Shown here: piece after piece, positions 55,988-63,685 of the stretch
Position numbering within the stretch: the stretch's first letter is position 1
How the letters are laid out: the number at the start of each line of letters is the position of its first letter
IMG/VR virus record: IMGVR_UViG_3300024252_000004
Location: 62,001 to 126,000 of that record
Reading direction: 5' to 3' (one strand)
Length of the DNA: 64,000 bases
Made by a program: the position numbers and the translations under genes
Notes under the pieces: generated by a model
Told to the model about the DNA's origin: nothing
Database searches by the model: none
Seen by the model: only the letters and a program-made list of their open reading frames with translations

Positions 55988-57289
55988 ATGCTAGAAAATC
56001 ATCCTTTAGAGAAAAGAATTAACTACGTTCTTGATACATCTGCGTTAATCTCAAACCCCAAGCTATTAGAACAGTTTGAATCTTGCACACACCTCATTCC
56101 GATGGAAGTGCTACAAGAACTTGACAACCTAAAAACACGATCTGATCATGTTGGAAAAAATGCACGTTACGTGAATAGATTCCTTGATCAGCTTCGACAG
56201 CAAGGTAGTCTGTTTGAAGGCGTCATCGTAGACGAAGGAGTGACCGTAAAGGTCGTTTCTAAGCACGATGCTCTGCTCCCAATCTTTGAGGACACTGTAG
56301 ATAATAGAATTATTTCAACAGCGTTTCACCTCTCTGAAAAGATTGATGTTGTATGCCTCTCAAATGATATCGCATTCCGAGTGAAATGTGATGCAATCGG
56401 TTTAAAAGCCGAATCAGTAGACGCTGATGCTGTAAAGGTTACAGATTCTGGTTACACAGGCTTTACTGAGCTTGAAGTTTCAAATGAGATAATCGAAGCA
56501 TTCTATGAAGATGGTTACCTCGATTTTGAAGATGTAGAATTCTTTCCTAACCAGGGAGTTCTGTTAGTTGCTCCGGGGTCCACCGCTCTGTGCGTTGCTA
56601 ACGGCTGCAATACTCTTGACAAATTAGAATACACGAAAGGGCGCAAGTTTAATGTTGAAGGAGTTACTCCTCGCAACAAAGAGCAGACTATCGCCCTCGA
56701 ATTGCTTCTTGACCCAGATATTCCTTTGGTAACTCTGAACGGTATTGCTGGCTGTGGTAAAACCTTGCTTGCAATTGCGTCTGCCATGTCGCAGCATAAG
56801 CAGGGATTGTATAAGAAGATTATCATTTCCAGACCGATTGAAAGTACGAGTAACGATATTGGTTTCCTGCCCGGTACGAAAGAAGAGAAGATGGCGCCTT
56901 GGGTTCAGCCGATTTTTGACAACCTTGAAGTGTTGTACAGAAAGAAGGGTCTTCATTACATCGAATTGATGATGCAGAAAGGCCACCTTGAGATTGAGGC
57001 AATCTCTCACATTAGAGGACGAAGCCTACCCGACACCATCTTTATTGTTGACGAGGCACAGAACATTACGAGGCATGAGGCGAAGGCCCTCTTGACAAGA
57101 ATGGGTGAGAGATCCAAAATCGTTCTTATTGGCGATCTTGATCAAATTGACTCACCTAAGCTCAGTCATAAAAATTCTGGCTTAAGCGTTATCATTGAGG
57201 CATTCAAGGATACAGAGCTTGCAGGTCACGTCAAATTACTCAAGGGAGAACGTAGCGCACTTGCTACTTACGCAGCGACAGTACTTTAA
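55988..57289 (+). CDS. phoH: PIN-PhoH (PhoH2/YlaK-like) protein
   Basis: VLDTSAL, ELDNLK, DNRI (PIN); GIAGCGKT, GFLPG, IRGRS, VDEAQN, GDLDQID. Confidence 0.92.
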   Translation: MLENHPLEKRINYVLDTSALISNPKLLEQFESCTHLIPMEVLQELDNLKTRSDHVGKNARYVNRFLDQLRQQGSLFEGVIVDEGVTVKVVSKHDALLPIFEDTVDNRIISTAFHLSEKIDVVCLSNDIAFRVKCDAIGLKAESVDADAVKVTDSGYTGFTELEVSNEIIEAFYEDGYLDFEDVEFFPNQGVLLVAPGSTALCVANGCNTLDKLEYTKGRKFNVEGVTPRNKEQTIALELLLDPDIPLVTLNGIAGCGKTLLAIASAMSQHKQGLYKKIIISRPIESTSNDIGFLPGTKEEKMAPWVQPIFDNLEVLYRKKGLHYIELMMQKGHLEIEAISHIRGRSLPDTIFIVDEAQNITRHEAKALLTRMGERSKIVLIGDLDQIDSPKLSHKNSGLSVIIEAFKDTELAGHVKLLKGERSALATYAATVL

Positions 57290-57298
57290 GGAGATTCT

Positions 57299-57493
57299 AT
57301 GAGCGAAGAGAAGAGAGTTCCACTTTACATTCATGATGACTTCGACCCAGAGCTACAAAGGCGATGGGAAGAAGAGCAGAAATTAAAGAAAGAAGTCCCG
57401 GTTAGTCGATACAGGTCAAATACTGATGACCCACTTGTTGTTGACCTTACCATTGATTTTAATGATGGAAATGTCGATTTTACTTTGAATTAG
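57299..57493 (+). CDS. Small hypothetical protein
   Basis: AAGGAG RBS, 64 aa. Confidence 0.6.
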   Translation: MSEEKRVPLYIHDDFDPELQRRWEEEQKLKKEVPVSRYRSNTDDPLVVDLTIDFNDGNVDFTLN

Positions 57494-57499
57494 AATCCT

Positions 57500-57507
57500 T
57501 ACTAATA
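57500..57507 (+). promoter_or_regulatory. Candidate phage promoter motif TACTAATA
   Basis: 28 nt upstream of the lysozyme ATG. Confidence 0.4.
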
Positions 57508-57516
57508 AAGCAGGTT

Positions 57517-57536
57517 TGTCGTAGGAGTCTGCGACA
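57517..57536 (+). promoter_or_regulatory. RNA hairpin occluding the lysozyme RBS and start
   Basis: TGTCGTAG-GAGT-CTGCGACA: 8-bp stem with one G-U pair; SD AGGAG in stem/loop; last base is the A of ATG. Confidence 0.55.
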
Positions 57537-58222
57537 TGAACCAGAAGATTCAAAAACTTGCAAAGCTATTAGCTCATCTTGGCCACTCGAAAGAGGCGGC
57601 TGAGGTGGGCTTCTTTGCGTTGGCACAAGAGGTTTATAAGATTCAGTCAGGTGATAATCCGTGGTCGTTGTCTGGTGGAGATGCAAAATATCATCAGATG
57701 ATTATGGACGCCAACCCTAAGGTTAATTGGAATAAGCTACAGATTGGTCAAGAGATCACTTTGCCAGCGAAGCCAAGCTATCCGAACAAGGGCATGCAGC
57801 CGTCCCGGTCAGCTTATGACATCATTAAGTCTCATGAAAAGCTGAAGCTTAGAGCTTACAATGACGGATTCGGTAATATGACTATTGGGTATGGTCATGT
57901 AATTAAGAAAGGGGAATCATTCTCTTCTATCTCAGAGCCTAAAGCGAAGCAGTTGCTTGTCAGCGATGCTACCGCTGCTGCCAAAGCTATTCAGCAGCTT
58001 GTCACTTCAAAGTTAAATCAGAATCAATTTGATGGACTTACCAGTTTGATCTTCAATATAGGAAGAGGGAACTTTGCAAGATCATCTATGCTTAAGAAGC
58101 TTAACTCTGGAGATTTTCAGGGAGCTGCAAGAGAGTTTGTATCTTTCAACAATGCTGGCGGAAAAGAGAATGCTCATTTGACAGGAAGAAGAAAAACCGA
58201 GGCCGCCCTATTTGTGAGCTAA
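57536..58222 (+). CDS. Leader + LysM + GH24 phage lysozyme
   Basis: Leader MNQKIQKLAKLLAHLGHSKEAAEV; YKIQSGDNPW...LQIGQEITLP (LysM); HEKLKLRAYNDGFGNMTIGYGH, NQNQFD, RRKTEAALF. Confidence 0.9.
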   Translation: MNQKIQKLAKLLAHLGHSKEAAEVGFFALAQEVYKIQSGDNPWSLSGGDAKYHQMIMDANPKVNWNKLQIGQEITLPAKPSYPNKGMQPSRSAYDIIKSHEKLKLRAYNDGFGNMTIGYGHVIKKGESFSSISEPKAKQLLVSDATAAAKAIQQLVTSKLNQNQFDGLTSLIFNIGRGNFARSSMLKKLNSGDFQGAAREFVSFNNAGGKENAHLTGRRKTEAALFVS

Positions 58223-58223
58223 A

Positions 58224-58418
58224 ATGAAATTAAAACTGGATGATAAAAGTTACATCGAGATAAAAGAAGATAAACTAAAGAACAAGGCACGCATTTCTAT
58301 CAAGACTAAATCTGATAAGAAGTCTATCATCGTGACTGCTGAGCTTGAAGAAGAGCAGGTAGTTAAGTTGATAGCGGAGCTTATATCTATTAAGGCGGGA
58401 CTATATGGCCGAGCATGA
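58224..58418 (+). CDS. Small hypothetical protein
   Basis: 64-aa ORF directly after lysozyme. Confidence 0.55.
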   Translation: MKLKLDDKSYIEIKEDKLKNKARISIKTKSDKKSIIVTAELEEEQVVKLIAELISIKAGLYGRA

Positions 58419-58719
58419 TATCAAATATGAGAAGACAATCACCGAAGCTGTAGAGGAGATCAATGAAAGAAAGACCTCCGGCAAAAAGGTGCATCCCTTA
58501 ACGGAAGAGGGCATGAAGGCTATTGATGTGGCGAACATGATAGTGGGAACCATCATGAAAAGAAACCAACCTGATGTTAGTTTCTTCAAGGTTTACATGA
58601 ATAGCACGAATGACAGGTTGGGTAAAATGTCAGGCAAGAAAAAAGCGGCCAACGAGGGCCGCAAATCTCTTAGAAGGAAGCGTTCAAATCGTGTAAACGA
58701 TAGTAAGGACTCCTCCTGA
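58405..58719 (+). CDS. Hypothetical basic protein
   Basis: 104-aa ORF overlapping the upstream stop. Confidence 0.55.
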   Translation: MAEHDIKYEKTITEAVEEINERKTSGKKVHPLTEEGMKAIDVANMIVGTIMKRNQPDVSFFKVYMNSTNDRLGKMSGKKKAANEGRKSLRRKRSNRVNDSKDSS

Positions 58720-59595
58720 ATCTGGAATGTCCGTAAGAACGACAGCGTTTCTATTTTCGTCGTATCTCCAGTGATCATATTCAGTAGAGTTGCTTCCATC
58801 TTCGCTTAAGAACACTTTAAGCTTATCAATCTGAAGAGGAAGGTGATCAAGGTGCCATACCTCATTAAGGGTTGGCAAGTGCTCCTTAGGTCTATCAAGA
58901 ACGGCAGACCAATCTTCATCACAAAGATCTACGACAGTTTCTGATACATCAAGGTATCCTACGCCCAACTGAGCAGAGTCACAACGATTACCTTCATAGG
59001 TAGCAACGATTGCCGACTCGGTAACCTCAAAGGGGCCTGATTTTACAAGGTCCATTAGGGTGTTGTATTCTGTTGGAGAGACAGAGGACTGGTCGGGTTC
59101 ATCGCTGATGTATACAATAAGGAGATCAGCTTCTTCTCTTTCAAAACCAGAGTTATCCCACGCTACAGTCTCAAGAGCACTGTCGAGCCCTGCCTCTCTG
59201 TAATGATTTTCAAGAAGAGAGGTCAAAGACATAAGCTTCAGGAGAGCATCAGGATCGTTGTAATCAACCCAGCCATAGATTTCTCCAGCGGAGTCGGTAG
59301 ATTTGATTCCTACTCTCCACTTGAGGTCAGTGAATTCGGGACCAATAAGGATACTATATATCTCTGGCATAGTTGCAGCTAAGGTTTCCCAGTCATCACT
59401 CATTGAACCTGATTCGTCAACGATGAATAGAATATCTACTGCTTGATCATAGACCACACCAGTTTGAACAATAGGTTCTCCGTAGATGCTTACGTCTTCA
59501 GTGTAATTGGCTACAACGCCAATGTCTGAAGAGCAAGAGGTTAGTGTCATTGCTGCACATAGTGCTAATCCATATAGCTTTAGTTTGCCGAACAT
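58684..59595 (-). CDS. vWA (MIDAS) domain lipoprotein
   Basis: Lipobox-like MTLTSC; DILFIVDESGSMS; VYISDEPDQS. Confidence 0.8.
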   Translation of the reverse strand: MFGKLKLYGLALCAAMTLTSCSSDIGVVANYTEDVSIYGEPIVQTGVVYDQAVDILFIVDESGSMSDDWETLAATMPEIYSILIGPEFTDLKWRVGIKSTDSAGEIYGWVDYNDPDALLKLMSLTSLLENHYREAGLDSALETVAWDNSGFEREEADLLIVYISDEPDQSSVSPTEYNTLMDLVKSGPFEVTESAIVATYEGNRCDSAQLGVGYLDVSETVVDLCDEDWSAVLDRPKEHLPTLNEVWHLDHLPLQIDKLKVFLSEDGSNSTEYDHWRYDENRNAVVLTDIPDSGGVLTIVYTI

Positions 59596-59607
59596 ATTAA
59601 CTCCGTA

Positions 59608-60462
59608 TCATTTTATGTTGTTTCGCTCAAGAAATATCAAAATGTCAGGCATTCCGATTCCTAACCCTCCGTATGAGAACATGACAGAGTTTTGACCAAC
59701 TCTATCTCTCACCGAAGAAGCAAAGGAAATACCAACAAGTTCTCCTCTTTTGTTGTAGATGGGACTACCACTATGTCCCGGTTGTAACATTTCGGATACC
59801 ATAAGGGCACCCTGTTCTCCTTCACCTAAACTGCCTAACTGAGAACGAGGAACATATCCCGAAAAGAATGTTTCCAAAATGATTGGTGCATTAGAATTAG
59901 GTGCTCCAACGATGTACAGTTTTTCAGCAACATCTAATTTTGTGTCTTTATCGATTTTAACTATTGGGTGCGAGCCATCTGCTTTTAATAGACACAAATC
60001 GTTAGCAGGATCTTTATCCACGACAGTCATCTGCATGTCTGGTTTTCCATCATATCTGAACGAAGCCTGAGAGTCATTTAACTTTTCCCCTACAAAAGTA
60101 ATACCCAAAATAGGCATGCTACAAATATGGTCATTTGATAAAAAGTAAGTTTCATCTGCTTTTTTATCATAAGCGATGCCAAAGGCAGTGCCACTACTCT
60201 GCACCTGTGAGCCGCTCAATGTATAGATGACCACAACAGGCTCCACCATTCTTTTGTAGTTTTTCTTAACAGACACTTCTTCAGTTTTGCTATCTGAGGA
60301 GTAAAGTTCGGCTATTGGCCTATCGTTCACCATGATCATGTTTTGGGGACTTGCTACGAAGTAACATAGTAGTGTCAGTGCCAAAAACAGAGCGAGGAAT
60401 TTTGCGTTTTTCAATTTGATTCCTTTATATTTTTTCCACGTTTTCTTATTCGGTATGTTCAA
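59608..60462 (-). CDS. Membrane-anchored trypsin-like serine protease
   Basis: N-terminal hydrophobic helix; triad SNDHIC (H), ANDLC (D), PGHSGSP (S). Confidence 0.85.
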   Translation of the reverse strand: MNIPNKKTWKKYKGIKLKNAKFLALFLALTLLCYFVASPQNMIMVNDRPIAELYSSDSKTEEVSVKKNYKRMVEPVVVIYTLSGSQVQSSGTAFGIAYDKKADETYFLSNDHICSMPILGITFVGEKLNDSQASFRYDGKPDMQMTVVDKDPANDLCLLKADGSHPIVKIDKDTKLDVAEKLYIVGAPNSNAPIILETFFSGYVPRSQLGSLGEGEQGALMVSEMLQPGHSGSPIYNKRGELVGISFASSVRDRVGQNSVMFSYGGLGIGMPDILIFLERNNIK

Positions 60463-60523
60463 AGGGGGTTACTTGTAAATACAGGCTCCCCAAAGTAGGA
60501 TGATTATTAATAAAAAGTACAAC

Positions 60524-60531
60524 TGCTAATA
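60524..60531 (+). promoter_or_regulatory. Variant promoter motif TGCTAATA
   Basis: 31 nt upstream of ATG 60563. Confidence 0.3.
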
Positions 60532-60562
60532 TTTGGTGTACATTTGATTGGAGGTTTTAATC

Positions 60563-60703
60563 ATGGGATGTGGCTGTGCCAAAAGAAAGAAAGCAAACCA
60601 GAAAACAAGAGTTCGAAACCCGTCTTCGAAGTCAAGGGCAAAAGGTTTGCCTATCATTACAATCAAACGCAATAAGAAAATTGTAACCAAAAAGAGTAAG
60701 TAA
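60563..60703 (+). CDS. 46-aa highly basic protein starting MGCGC
   Basis: GGAGG RBS; MGCGCAKRKKANQKTRVRNPSSKSRAKGLPIITIKRNKKIVTKKSK; hand-translated, not in the ORF track. Confidence 0.7.
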   Translation: MGCGCAKRKKANQKTRVRNPSSKSRAKGLPIITIKRNKKIVTKKSK

Positions 60704-60712
60704 GAGGTCTGA

Positions 60713-61873
60713 ATGTCAGATTATAGCATTTATCCAGAAGCATTAGATGGGTACTCTCAGTTACCTCTTGCTGTAGACTTGGTCACGCCTGTTGAAGCAA
60801 AGAGTGTCAACAGATTGCGTAGTGCAATTGTGAACATTGAGGCTGAGCTTGGTGTTGAGCCAAGTGGAAATTTTGCAGACGTAGTTGGCAGACTTGAAAG
60901 CATCGAAGAAAGCATAGGTGTATTGGAGTCTGAAGAATCGGATGACTTAGTCGTCGGGGTCGATGTTCAGGCTTATGACGCCACACTTACCGGCATTGCA
61001 TCTTTGGGTACCGCAGCAGATAAAATGCTTTACACCACCGCAGCAGATACATGGGCTGAGACCTCAGTGACTTCAGCAGGAAGAGCAATCTTAGATGACA
61101 CAAATTCAGCCGCACAAAGAGTGACATTAGGTTTACAAATAGGCTCAGATGTTCAGGCTTATGATGCTACACTTACAAGTCTTACATCTTTGGGTACCGC
61201 AGCAGATAAAATGCTTTACACCACCGCAATAGATACATGGGCCGAAACCTCAGTGACCTCAGCAGGAAGGGCTATCTTGGACGATGCAAACTCTGCCGCT
61301 CAAAGAGTGACGTTGGGTTTGCAAATTGGTACAGATGTCCAGGCACAGAGTGTCAACCTTCAGGACGTTTCAGATTTAACTCTTGTTAAGGGACAAGTCT
61401 TGGTATCTGATGGCTCTGACTTATTGGCATTGTCAGTAGGTACTAATGGTCAAACACTAATTGCTGACAGTTCAGACTCTGAAGGTGTTGTATGGGGAAG
61501 AAACAGGACGTGGACTCATCATATGGATTGGCCAGAAGGAACTGCTCAAGCAAATAATACGATTAATTATTTTGGATGGGCACCATTTGGGTGCAGGCTT
61601 GATAAGCTAACAGTTGTTATGGTCAGCCTGAATACTCAAGGAACATTTACTCTTTCTTTAAATAATCAAGCTACAGTAGCCTCAATGTTATCTGGTTCAA
61701 GTTATAATATGAATGGGTTATCTGCGGCTACCGTAACATCGATTCCGTTGTCAGGAACTGATGCAAATCTTGCTCTCGCCGAAAATGGTGGATGGCAGTT
61801 AAGCCTTGTAAGCAATGATGCCAACTTCGATGGAAGCGGAATATACATCCAGTTACATTTTGAGGAGATCTGA
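60713..61873 (+). CDS. Tail-fibre-like virion protein with 62-aa internal repeats
   Basis: DVQAYDATLT...TSAGRAILDD...QRVTLGL repeats; GQVLVSDG/GQTLIADS; N-terminal module shared with 63686. Confidence 0.75.
   Translation: MSDYSIYPEALDGYSQLPLAVDLVTPVEAKSVNRLRSAIVNIEAELGVEPSGNFADVVGRLESIEESIGVLESEESDDLVVGVDVQAYDATLTGIASLGTAADKMLYTTAADTWAETSVTSAGRAILDDTNSAAQRVTLGLQIGSDVQAYDATLTSLTSLGTAADKMLYTTAIDTWAETSVTSAGRAILDDANSAAQRVTLGLQIGTDVQAQSVNLQDVSDLTLVKGQVLVSDGSDLLALSVGTNGQTLIADSSDSEGVVWGRNRTWTHHMDWPEGTAQANNTINYFGWAPFGCRLDKLTVVMVSLNTQGTFTLSLNNQATVASMLSGSSYNMNGLSAATVTSIPLSGTDANLALAENGGWQLSLVSNDANFDGSGIYIQLHFEEI
60962..61333 (+). repeat. 186-bp tandem repeat x2 (plus start of a third) inside the fibre gene
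   Basis: GATGT(T/C)CAGGC at 60962, 61148 and 61334. Confidence 0.88.
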
Positions 61874-62562
61874 TGGCTACTTATAATTCTCCAGAGCATG
61901 CACGCTCCGCTTCATCCTCAAGCGGTATAAGCTGGACAACTCAAGACCTAAATACTTTTGCTCTAAATGATCCGGCAGGTTTAATAAGCTCGGCAACTTG
62001 GAGCACTACAAGCAGTATGACTCCAGTTACAGGAACTCAGGGAGCAATAGATGCTGGACGTGATGGCATATGGTTAGCAAAAGCTGTAGAAAGCGGAATA
62101 ACCTGGGCAGATTATAATGGCATCTTGGTAAGGATGACAGCTACAGAGTGGAGAGCAGGAACCGGAGTAGATACTCATGTTCTGGTTGGCTATTCTGACA
62201 CATTATTACAGTCAACAGGTGTAGGCTCTTTGGCTGGAATAAATTCATCTCCATCGGCTACCTCAATTAGAAGGGCAGCTACGATCTCGCCAGGAGGTTC
62301 TTTGGCTACGAGCAGTGCTAACTTTTCAACAAGCTCCTCTGTAACTACCACAGTATGGATTCCGTTTGGAAGTTCGGGGCCACTTGGTGCTCAGCCAACA
62401 GTTTATCTGGATAGCTCAACAACTGCGGCTGGAAGGAATAATACAAATCCGGTTTCGGTAAGCGATTTGAACTTAGTTATATCAATTGGTAATACAGGTT
62501 CATGGGCCAGTGCAGTAGGCATTACTGGATTCACAGTTGAAACTGCGCTCATAAATAGTTAA
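61873..62562 (+). CDS. S/T/G-rich putative virion protein
   Basis: Coupled to the fibre gene; composition typical of beta-rich structural proteins. Confidence 0.55.
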   Translation: MATYNSPEHARSASSSSGISWTTQDLNTFALNDPAGLISSATWSTTSSMTPVTGTQGAIDAGRDGIWLAKAVESGITWADYNGILVRMTATEWRAGTGVDTHVLVGYSDTLLQSTGVGSLAGINSSPSATSIRRAATISPGGSLATSSANFSTSSSVTTTVWIPFGSSGPLGAQPTVYLDSSTTAAGRNNTNPVSVSDLNLVISIGNTGSWASAVGITGFTVETALINS

Positions 62563-62568
62563 AATGAT

Positions 62569-63015
62569 ATGTCTGATTGGAATAGTCTAAGAAATTATCT
62601 TGTTAATTGGATTGAGAATAAAAAAGGTTATATAGTTCACTTCGCAACAGAAGGCGAACTAAATATCATTGACAGTGATTTTAATGAAATTGTCATTGAT
62701 GAAAGACTTTCTTATGAACTTCAGACCTATGTATTGCTGCATGAGTGTGGACATATCCTTACATGGGAAAATGGAATGTTCTTAAGCCTTGAAAAGAAAG
62801 CAAGCAGACATAAGGCCGCAACTTTTAAAGAAAGAACTTTTACGGTTATAGAGGAAATAGAAGCGTGGAAGAGAGGATTATCTCTTGCCAAGAGACTTAA
62901 CATCCCAGTGGATGTGGTAAAATGGGAGGAGGAGATGGCATCCGCCATCGGGAAATATATAACATGGTCCATCAACCCGGAAGGGTACGAATCAATTGAT
63001 GGACCTAAGCCATAA
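62569..63015 (+). CDS. HExxH metallopeptidase-like protein (IrrE/ImmA-like)
   Basis: VLLHECGH, EEIEAW. Confidence 0.55.
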   Translation: MSDWNSLRNYLVNWIENKKGYIVHFATEGELNIIDSDFNEIVIDERLSYELQTYVLLHECGHILTWENGMFLSLEKKASRHKAATFKERTFTVIEEIEAWKRGLSLAKRLNIPVDVVKWEEEMASAIGKYITWSINPEGYESIDGPKP

Positions 63016-63033
63016 AACTGAGGAGAGCCGAAT

Positions 63034-63642
63034 ATGGGAATGACTAAAATTAAATTACTTGATGACAGAGCAGAGGTGCCTACCCGCGCTCATGAGTCCG
63101 ACACCGGATATGATCTTCGCATGATTGATGTAAAAACAATCACTGGAGATACAATTTATTTCAGAACTGGCATTGCAGTCCAACCGCCAGAGGGTCACTA
63201 TTTTGAGATTGTGCCCAGGAGTTCGCTTTCTAAACTCCCGCTCGCTCTTGCAAATTCTGTAGGGATTGTTGATGAGCATTACCGTGGAGAGATTCTTGTT
63301 GCAATCAAAGTGTTGCACTCGGAGCTTGGAAAAAACCTTGGCCGACAGGCATTCCCTGGAGGCATAATTACCATTTTTGATAAGAAGCCTCGCTCGCTCT
63401 ATGACGTAGCTAACCTTATTCTTTCTCAGAAGCCTGTGCTGACTCAGCTTATTCTCAAAGAAAGATTAAGCACTGATTTTGAAGAAGTAGCTGAGCTTGA
63501 AAAAACAGAAAGAGGCGATGGCGGATTTGGCAGCACTGATGGCAAGCCTGTAGTTAAGTCTACGAGGGCAGCTAGACCAACTCAGACTGTTACCAAGGCG
63601 AGCACTCGCAAAGGATTAGTAAGAAGATCTTCTGACGCCTGA
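63034..63642 (+). CDS. dut: Trimeric dUTPase with internal insertion
   Basis: DTGYDL, PRSS, GIVDEHYRGEI, TQLI, RGDGGFGSTD. Confidence 0.92.
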   Translation: MGMTKIKLLDDRAEVPTRAHESDTGYDLRMIDVKTITGDTIYFRTGIAVQPPEGHYFEIVPRSSLSKLPLALANSVGIVDEHYRGEILVAIKVLHSELGKNLGRQAFPGGIITIFDKKPRSLYDVANLILSQKPVLTQLILKERLSTDFEEVAELEKTERGDGGFGSTDGKPVVKSTRAARPTQTVTKASTRKGLVRRSSDA

Positions 63643-63652
63643 AAAACTTACT

Positions 63653-63660
63653 TACTAATA
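63653..63660 (+). promoter_or_regulatory. Candidate phage promoter motif TACTAATA
   Basis: 25 nt upstream of ATG 63686. Confidence 0.4.
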
Positions 63661-63685
63661 AGCTGACCCTATTTAGAGGGTGATG

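Noticed and set aside
325-63318. Numerous 60-160-aa alternative-frame ORFs in the track
   Set aside because: They lie within or antisense to well-supported genes and carry no recognisable motifs.
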